Shown piece after piece: positions 56,801 through 64,000 of a stretch of DNA of 64,000 bases. The stretch lies in the NCBI RefSeq assembly GCF_964188315.1, contig NC_135668.1, forward strand, positions 30,256,001 through 30,320,000, in the 5' to 3' direction. The stretch is from Podarcis muralis (taxonomy: Eukaryota). The notes under the pieces are model-generated. The model did no database searches. It had not been told where the DNA came from and worked only from the letters and a program-made list of their open reading frames with translations. The translations under genes were made by a program, and so were the position numbers. Every line of letters starts with the position of its first letter. Positions within the stretch are counted from its first letter, which is position 1.

Positions 56801-59800
56801 CTCTTTCCCACCCTGGCACACAGGCCCAGCCACTCCCTGCATGGCTCTGAGCACTGGGCTGGGCTTTCTTCCCAGGAGGCCAAAGCTTGATTTTAGGGCA
56901 AAGCTGCCCAGGTGGCTCTTGCCCAGGAACCTGCAGGTGGGGGAGGTTGGCAGCTGCCTGCAAGAAGCCTGGCTTGTCTTCCAGAGGAGTCTACTGCTTG
57001 GGTCATTGCAGACCAACACTGCCCAGGAATAGCCTTATTCCTTCTGTCTGTCCCTGCATGATGGCCAGGCTGGTTTGTGTTCCACTATCAGGGCAGCTCA
57101 GCAGGAAAGAGGACCAGGCCTCCCCTCCCTTTGGCCTGCGTCTTCTGGGCGGGAGCTTCTCTTCCACTGGCGCCGTTCCCTTCCCGGGGAGAGGAGGCTC
57201 ACTTGCAGGCTCCTTTCACTGCCTTATTTGCAGCACAAGTCCCTGCAGTTTAAAAGCCAGCAGCTCTTTTGGACTGGTGCAAAGCCCCCCCCCCCCCCCG
57301 AGTGGTGCTCAGCATCCAAGAGAGGAACAGTTTCAGGTTTGTGTATAATTTGCACAGTGGCTTCCTAAGAGTTTCTTGGGTCATAAATGCAGATTTTGCA
57401 GCTTCAGAAAATTGGCTCAGCTCCCCTTAAGACGGTCGAATGTTGGTTTGTGATGCCAGAATTGGTTAGCGGATGTTCCGCTGGTTTGACCAACGTGAGG
57501 CACTGGAGTCCAGGCTTCCTTGCCTGATGCAGCCCTTTCCCTTCCACGCAGACCCACTGGAGTATTGCTGAGCATTCTGCAGCATCCTCTGCTCAGGTGC
57601 TGCAGCGGCAAAAGCCACCTCCTGGATTGGGGACCTAAACAGCCTGCAGGTGGGAGGCAGCTCCTGAGCAGCTATTTGCAGACTGTATAGCCCTAAGCCA
57701 TGAGGGCCTTGACTCCAGAGCTCAGTGCATGGTGGGGCTGGCTGACTGACAAGGGACGGGGGGCTCTGGACCCCCAACTCCTCTGGAAGTGCAGCGGCCT
57801 CTGCCGAGGCCCAGTGTTAGAAACTGAAAAATGAAAGCTAGGAGCTAAATGGCACCTTAAACCTAGGTTATGGGCGCAACAACGGAATGTCTAGGACTAG
57901 GCGCATTTTTTCAATAACAAGAATGCAAATCTGAAAATGAACGAACTGCAGCTAAAATATTATGTTCATTTTTGACATGGTCTAGTCCTTCCCCTGCCCA
58001 CCCCTCTAATATTCTTAAGAGGGTCTCTTCTCCAGTCTTCAGAGAGTAGCTGGAAGTGGGGAGGCAGAAAAAGATCCGTTGCTTCCACTCTGCAGTTTTA
58101 ATCTGAAATCTTAGGCACAGTACTGCACCCAGAGCTCAGAACTGCTCGTGCTAATGAAATGCCCTGTCAAAAAAATGTGCCTAGAACAATTGGAGTTTCG
58201 AACACTGTTCAGGCCCAACTGCTCTGCCCTTCTTATCCCTTCCTGGCCAAGCTTTCCTCCCAGCCCAGCTTGGAGCAGGCTCTGTGTGGGGCGCAGGCTG
58301 CATAAAAGCACAGGTCCACAGGGTGGGTGTGGGGGGTGATACTGGAAAGGGAGCAAGGAACCAAGTGTGTGTGTCTGTTGTGTGGAGAACAAAGCGGTGA
58401 CCTGCTCTAAAATTTTCAGAAATGCTTTATAAGAAAAGAATGAGCAAACTGTTGTTGATGGGACATTTCAGAAACAGAGTGGTGGGGGCAGGGGCTTCAT
58501 CCTTCCCTTCCATGGGAACCAGGAGGCAGGGAGCTGAGGTTGGACAGTATATCCCTAACCCTAATGCTCTCCCTCTCCCATCTGCTGGAATAGCTCCAGG
58601 GTTAGAAATGCCAGTTCACCCAGCAGGGGTAACACAGAACTGGAGACTGAGGTTGGGGAGGCTGGGGCTGCCATCACCAGGACCAGTTACGGCGCACCAC
58701 TAGAGTCCCTGGGCAAATTGGTTTTGAAGTTTGTTGCTTCACCTCTAACAGCCCCCTAGGCAAGTCGAGAAGAGCCTTTGGGGGTCTGTTCAGGGTTCCA
58801 GGTGCCAAGGAAGGGCTTTCCCTTCCCCAGGGACAGGGAGGAGCAGAAACCAGGCAGCGGGAAGGTGGGCTAGGTGAGCTCCAGGTTTTCCTCCCAGCCC
58901 CTGCGTGCTTTTGCTTCTGAGATGCTGGGCTGGGTCTGGCCTGCTCTTTGGTGTGTTTTGGGGGCTCCATGCCTGTGGCTCGAGGGGGACATTGGGGCTT
59001 ATTTTGGGCGTCTGGTGGGGAGGCAGCCACCACAGGGTGTTCTCCTCTGCAGAGGTCCTTGACACTGGGTGGGGGGTCTGCTCTGCCTGCAGGCTTTGAA
59101 GGCTGCTCCATGGTGCCCAGCATCTACCCCTTGGAGACCCTGCACAACTCGCTCTCCCTGCGGCAGGTCAACAGCTTCCTGACGGCCGTCTCCAGGACCT
59201 GCAGCACCAGCACTCCCCACCCAGGAGCTGCCCCAGGTACCATCACAGGCAGGCAGGTTGGGCGCTGTGCTGGGGTCCCGGGTGGCCACCCCCTCAAACT
59301 GAGCCCCCTTCTGCCCCAGGGCTTCCTGCAGGGCAGCACCCATGTTTTCCAAAGCAGCTTTGCCCAGCTGTGTAGAAGCAACACATTTCACTGCACACAG
59401 AAATAGAATACCCGTTTTCTGGGGTGCCACCACCGAAAGGGCACCCCATCTCAGCACAGAGACCCTTTGGTGTCTTGGTATTGCAGCTGCATGAGCTAAG
59501 GAGCTGCAGGATATTGGAGAGAAGCCCTTAATCAGCTAAGGAAAGCTTGAGAGTGAAGAAGACATTTATGTTTACTGAGAACTATGTGATGAGCAGAATT
59601 TGGTTAAAATAGGAGAAGTGTGGGGGCTGGCCTGGGCTGGGGGAACACCTGGGGGCTTTGACAGAAGTGCCTTCCTGGTCACCAGGAAAACCCCAGGCCC
59701 CTCAAAGGTTAGCCTGAGCAAGGGGCATCTTTGACTCCAAGGTGGGGGTGGGCAGAAGGGGTGGTGCCTAGAAGCAGGCCCTTGCCAGGGGGCTCACAGT

Positions 59801-60994
59801 GTTGTCCTCCTCCTCTGTCCTGCAGCACTCTTGGACTCCCTGATGGAGAGCCAGGGGCCAGGCGAGGACTTGACGCCGCAGCAGATTCTCTCCTCTTCTC
59901 TGCCTCTGCGCCCCCGCTCAGACAAGCCCCCCTGGTGTAAGTAGGCACGGGGCTTGGGAGGGAGGAGCAGTTTGATGGAATAGACTCGGAGGAACAGAAG
60001 GCAAGGCTGCCCGAGGGGAACTTGCAGGCCTTTGGGGTGGTCTTTGTGCCAGCAGGAGGAATCCCAGCCAATGGGAACAGAAGGAGCGGGGGCTAGGGGT
60101 GGCAGCAGCAGCAGGTAGGTAGACTGGGCTGGTTGCCAGGTTGCCAGGGGCCCTGAGCCCAGACCTTCCTGGTGCTTGGAGTTGGTCAGGGCAGCAGATC
60201 TGTCTGTGGGGGAGCCTCCCTGCGGGCTGCACAGGATGAGACCCTCACCCTAACTTTGCTTGGGGCAATATGCACTATTAGATGCTGCCCTGGGATCCTC
60301 CTGGCATTCTTCAGGGTGGGACAGTTGCCAGGCCCTGTGCCCAAAGCTGTGACGGTGCCAAGGAAGGGGTTTGCAAGGAGCTTGGGGGGGCATTCTTAGC
60401 ACCTCATCCCCCCCCCCATGACCACCTCGTTCTGATTGCCTTGCAGACAGCAGCGGCCCCTCCAGCACCGTCTCCAGCGCAGGCCCTTCGTCGCCCACCT
60501 CCTCTGTGGAGAGCTGCCCCCGCTTCAGCTTCGTCTCTCAGACCAGCAAGGAGCGGCTGGCAGGGCCCATGGAGGGGAGCCAGCCGGGCAACAACGGAGC
60601 CTTCAGGGAGAAGGGAGATGAACAGAGCCTTGCCAGGGAAGCCTCAGCACAGGAGGAGAAGGAGGAGACAGAGTCTGGCGGGCAGGCAGCCACAACCATA
60701 CTGCAGAAGGGACTGGAGGGAGGGGAGGAGACTGCCTCACCCCAGGAGGAAGAGGAGGTGGCGGCTGTGGTGGCGGGGGAAGAGAGTGAGCAGCTGCCCG
60801 CAGCACTGGAGCTGCTGGAAGTCGGGAGCAGCAGAAGTGCAAGGAAAGGGCAGGCAAGTGAAGGACGGAGGGAGTTGGACCTGCCAGAGGAGGAGGAGGA
60901 AGAGGAGGCAGCAGCAGCGGAAACTGGCTCAGGAGAGGCCACCTGGGAGGAGGCCCTGCTCAGTCCCTTTCTCCCAGTTGGGGAAAGCACTTAA
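35865..60994 (+). CDS. PPIP5K1: Inositol hexakisphosphate / diphosphoinositol-pentakisphosphate kinase 1; 30 coding exons, 4218 nt, about 1405 aa with both cassette exons
   Basis: Exons: 35865-36014, 36658-36853, 36951-37041, 37433-37518, 38490-38644, 39012-39113, 39209-39370, 39759-39880, 40045-40146, 40630-40716, 41210-41285, 41536-41645, 42005-42090 (GC donor), 43342-43470, 43589-43710, 43975-44157, 45194-45335, 45977-46200, 46287-46414, 48403-48517, 49355-49462, 49576-49692, 50485-50649, 51090-51177, 52763-52885, 54316-54378, 56021-56203, 59093-59236, 59826-59936, 60447-60994. Kinase-domain motifs include [15 protein letters not shown] and [18 protein letters not shown]. The acid-phosphatase motif RHGDRTP is intact. 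Paralogue assignment rests on [26 protein letters not shown] and synteny with CKMT1. Confidence 0.96.
40794..41068. mobile_element. hAT-family MITE, copy 2, with perfect 8-bp TSD
   Basis: TIR TAGGGCTGGGCGATAT / ATATTGCCCAACCCTA, with GTCTTTAG at 40786-40793 and 41069-41076. Confidence 0.88.
42480..43130 (-). mobile_element. Degraded L2 LINE fragment inside the GC-AG intron
   Basis: The minus strand near 42810-42880 reads [22 protein letters not shown]. Confidence 0.7.
45562..45811. mobile_element. Tigger/pogo-like MITE with a perfect central 20-bp hairpin
   Basis: TA-flanked CAGCCGTACC...GGTATGACTG. The stems 45691-45710 and 45714-45733 are exact reverse complements. Confidence 0.8.
46520..48330 (-). 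mobile_element. Degraded L1-clade LINE (ORF2 reverse-transcriptase region to 3' end), interrupted by a MITE
   Basis: Minus-strand peptides [20 protein letters not shown] and [10 protein letters not shown] resemble L1 reverse-transcriptase motifs, and there is a T-rich head near 46525. Boundaries are approximate. Confidence 0.72.
46743..47327. mobile_element. Mariner/pogo-like non-autonomous element nested in the L1 remnant, with internal tandem duplications
   Basis: TA-CTGTATTTTTCGCACCAAAGGACGCAC...GTGCGTCCTATGGTGCGAAAAATACGG-TA, plus three related GC-rich units at about 47094, 47140 and 47202. Confidence 0.8.
50653..50786. other. Assembly gap (134 N)
   Basis: A run of N starts 3 nt into the intron after exon 50485-50649. 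The flanking exons join in frame, so no exon needs to be hidden in the gap. Confidence 0.99.
54316..54378 (+). CDS. PPIP5K1: 63-nt symmetric (phase 1-1) PPIP5K1 exon, probably a cassette, encoding [22 protein letters not shown]
   Basis: Acceptor cctcag with an upstream ctaac/ctgac branch-like motif; donor ACG|gtacgt. The length is a multiple of 3 and the peptide matches the PPIP5K AVKRFSxSFAxHPTNG motif. Confidence 0.88.
56021..56203 (+). CDS. PPIP5K1: 183-nt symmetric (phase 1-1) cassette exon of PPIP5K1 encoding [10 protein letters not shown]...[28 protein letters not shown]
   Basis: Acceptor ttccccccag and donor ACG|gtacgg. The exon is open in the frame of its neighbours and resembles a mammalian PPIP5K1 isoform segment as I recall it (HHLHQCSYHLRLFRNW). 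Confidence 0.75.
57812..58207. mobile_element. hAT-like MITE
   Basis: TIR CAGTGTTAGAAACT / AGTTTCGAACACTG, with partly matching 8-bp flanks (ccgaggcc / ttcaggcc). Confidence 0.65.
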
Positions 60995-61444
60995 GCAGGA
61001 GAGGCCTGCTGCCAACTGAGGCTGCCCTAGTGGGAACCTTTCTTGCCCCTCCAGGAGGCTGCCTGCCTGAGCCACGGCCCCCGTCTTGCTCGGAGTCCAC
61101 CTGGCGGGGATGGGCTCTGTACCAGCAGAGGTTGGGGCTGTTCCCCACTTCTGGGACATGAGCCTCACTGGCCCAGCCAGGATGGCCTTCTTTCTCCAAA
61201 GTGTCTGGCTGCAGCTGCGCAGAGTGGGGGGGGACTTGAAGAGACACCCCCCCAAGTGGTGTCCCCCTGGCTGTCTGAGTGCGAGAACTGAAGAGGTCTT
61301 CCTTGCTGGCAGCAGCGGTGGGGGTGGGAGGCTCTCAGTGGGGGGGGGGGGAGGTCCTCCAATCCTGCTGGCCATTACCAGGGTACAAAGCTGCTTTGGA
61401 AAAATCAGGTTTTCTTAGAAACACGTGGATGAGATGCCAAATGG

Positions 61445-61462
61445 TGTACAGTACAGAGTAAA
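61445..61462 (+). terminator. Candidate PPIP5K1 poly(A) signal (UGUA plus AGUAAA variant)
   Basis: tgtacagtacagagtaaa lies in an AT-rich patch about 460 nt after the stop. I saw no canonical AATAAA on the + strand nearby. Confidence 0.35.
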
Positions 61463-62049
61463 TATTTAATATATTATTCGTGCTGGCAGGTGGAGGGGGC
61501 TGCTGGAGGTCCCCACTCCCCCACCCCCGCTCCATGGCCAGGCATGTGTCGTCCGTGGTTCAGATGTGTCTGTGTTTCTCTTGCGAGGGATTGTACAGCC
61601 GTCCCCTGGAGTCCTCCTTGTGCTGCATTTTGTGCGTGGAGTAAAACGCCGACACTCCCAAGACGGGTGGCTTGTGTGTGTCTCTTTGGAGGGAGCTGCT
61701 TGGGGGTCTCTTGGTGTGCCTTTGTGTGGGGGCAGCTTGGGGGGTCCGGGAGGAGGAGGCTGCACAGGACAGGGCTAAGCTGGCAAGGATTCCTGAAGCA
61801 CAGCTGTCCTGCACATTGAGAGGCCTTCTTGCTGCACAGTATAGAGGGGGTCCCTTAGGCAGAATTAGCAGCTGCACTAGAAAGGACTTAAAATGCACCT
61901 GCTGGATTAGGCCAGCGGAAGCCCATCTAGTCCAGCATCTTCTTATCACAATAGCCAACCAAGTGCCCCAGTGGAAAGCTTGCAAGCAGGACCTGAGCAC
62001 TAGAGCACTGTTTCCTCCTGCCGTTTAAGGGCTGTATAATTGCTAAGAG

Positions 62050-62760
62050 AAGCTGCAGGACATCAGTGACACAAAAGGAGGGTGTCTGAAAACCCTTGGA
62101 GGTCTGTTTGTGTGAGAAGGAAGCAGTCTTTCCTGAGGCAGGGGCATTTTGCTCAAAGAGGAGGACAGCTTGGCCACCATCGCAACATCTGGGTGGTTGG
62201 TGGAACATGTTTTTGAAGTGAAAATTACAAAGCATCATATAGAACAAGGGGAGCCAACACGCTCCCTTACAGATGTTTTTGGATGCCAACTCCCTTTGGC
62301 TCCATGTAGCCTGCCTGACCCATCTGGGATGTTGGGAGTTCTTCCAGTTGAACAACATGGGGGGGGGGCACTAAATTGACTACCCCAATATGGACGAACA
62401 AATCTGGCCTCGCTAGACTTTTGGAGTTCTTTTGAGTGTGTCAACAAACACGTGGATCCTGCATACTTGTATTTTCAGTAAGACTTTAACAGACGCTTGC
62501 CAAAGGCTGCTGAGCAAATTTAGCAGCCTTGGGGTGAGTTGAAACACCTTCATGCAAGGAAAGACAAATATTGGTGACTCTTTAGTTTGGAGGGGGAAGG
62601 CAATTAGTGGGGGGCAGAATTACAGAGGGTTTCACAGTGTAGAGATAGTTTTTCTGCCTCTCACATAATTTTAGAACTGGCAGCTGCCCAATGAAATGGA
62701 CTGGACTAGATTTGGGATGAGTGAGAGGAAGAAATTGCACATAATCCGTTGTGATGGAGA
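62050..62760 (+). mobile_element. Heavily degraded CR1 LINE ORF2 remnant
   Basis: Fragments resemble the CR1 reverse transcriptase (ITKHIEQ; LEFFECVNKHVD; aaggctgctgagcaaa). Many indels. Confidence 0.55.
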
Positions 62761-63499
62761 TGCAGAATTTAACAGGTTCAGAGGTGGGATTCAACAAGCA
62801 CAGTTGCAGGAGGCAGCTCTTTCCCTCACCTTGAGGGTCTTCCAACTGTCTGGCCTGTGTTGGTGGCCCAGCTAGAAGGTTGCTCTGCTCTTGCACTCTT
62901 TGTTGGTGTTCCATATCTACAAGGGAAACCAGTTGTTTTCTAGGGTGCCATTCTCTTCTGGATTCTTTTGCTCTGGTCTAGGTGACCCTAGGGCACCTTC
63001 CGACTCTTAAGATTCTTTGATTCTATGGCTCATGAGGAACGTTACACAAACAGAGGCCAAATCCTTGTTCTTGTGCTGCAAACAACAAACCTGAGTAGTT
63101 TTCTGAAAATGCTATTTTGAACCAAAGGTATGTGGTCAACAAAGCAGGTTGTTCTGTTCATTCCCCACCAAGCAAAAAGGAGATAATTTTTTTGGCCTGC
63201 CCTCCCCTGACCCCTTAGGCCTCTGCTGTGTGGGGTGAGGGAAGCAGCAGGAGCAAGGCCCAGGCAGGCAGTTGCGCTGGAATGCCCCCAGAGGGGCTTT
63301 GAGGGAACAGAGCAGCCCTTCTCCTTCCCTTGACCTATGGCGCTCAATGTCATTGGGCCGGAGAGACACTGGGTCATGGATGCTGGTGGAGGAGCAGAAG
63401 CCCAGCTCCAAAAGGCTGGAAGAGACTCAGCGGTGGGTGGAGGACCAGGGCTGGGCACTTTGCCAGTGCATCAGTCAGTGGAAGCAGGACAGGAGCCCC

Positions 63500-64000
63500 T
63501 TCTGAGTCGCAGTTAATGTGGCTTTATTGGTTAGTGCAGGCCCCTCCATTTACAATCATTAGAATTACAGAGAGTTGCACACAGAAATGCGAGGGGAGGG
63601 GGAAGAGGAAACTCAGGACCTTGGATTGTACATAACATGGAGGAGAGGAGGATGGCGGGGGGAGCACTGGGCTCTATTTATACAACATTCAGTAGCAACG
63701 GGAGCTGGCCTAGAAGTCCTTCTCGCCGCTGCTGCCTTTGAGAAAGGTCCCCATGAGCATGACGCAGCAGAGGAGGAATTGCGTGCTGGGGTCCCCATGC
63801 AGGAACAAGCAGAAGCAGGAGCTCAATGTCTTTCTCGTAATTTCTTTCCTGGGCTCCCCAACGGTCCCTCTGGGTGGGTGGTGGTGGGATTGCTAATGGA
63901 GCTCAGTCTGGGTGCATTATAAACAGCAGTTTTTACAAGGTTTGCCGTAGAACGTGAAGAAGGGAGATGCTGAAGCCAGCTTCAAAACTACAAATTTTGG
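63500..64000 (-). other. Probable 3' UTR end of a minus-strand neighbouring gene (MAP1A expected from mammalian synteny)
   Basis: TTTATT at 63523-63528 (AATAAA on the - strand) with tgtaca at about 63627. No coding sequence of the neighbour is visible, so its identity is inference only. Confidence 0.35.

Noticed and set aside
61672-62028. ORF with a signal-peptide-like hydrophobic start
   Set aside because: There is no ATG, the hydrophobicity comes from GT-rich 3' flank sequence, and the 3' half is a CR1 remnant.
63272-63922. Short ORFs on both strands near the right edge, including a CC...C pattern
   Set aside because: No recognisable homology, no insulin/relaxin-type cysteine spacing, and no exon boundaries. 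A 3' UTR and flank explain the region better.

Overview
This is vertebrate genomic DNA, not prokaryotic. The repeat content (CR1, L2, L1 remnants and many short DNA-transposon MITEs) points to a squamate reptile, probably a lizard; that assignment is an inference. I traced three complete spliced genes by hand, with exon phases checked: STRC (stereocilin, + strand, 28 coding exons, about 1850 aa), CKMT1 (ubiquitous mitochondrial creatine kinase, - strand, 9 exons, 419 aa) and PPIP5K1 (+ strand, 30 coding exons including two cassette exons, about 1405 aa). The order and orientation match the mammalian STRC-CKMT1-PPIP5K1 block, in single copy within this window. The right edge may hold the 3' end of a minus-strand neighbour (MAP1A by synteny, unproven). 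Most ORF-track entries are GC-rich shadow ORFs. I found no CRISPR array, tRNA or rRNA gene, or intact transposase, and I cannot support a wholly new gene system. The best leads are regulatory: a splice-dependent uORF versus N-terminal-extension switch in the PPIP5K1 leader, a frame-required GC donor competing with a GT donor 4 nt away, a dense UGCAUG cluster behind a cassette exon, an extended-spacer RE1 site at the CKMT1 promoter, and tightly convergent STRC/CKMT1 3' ends. Comparisons with human sequences are from memory and need confirming by alignment.
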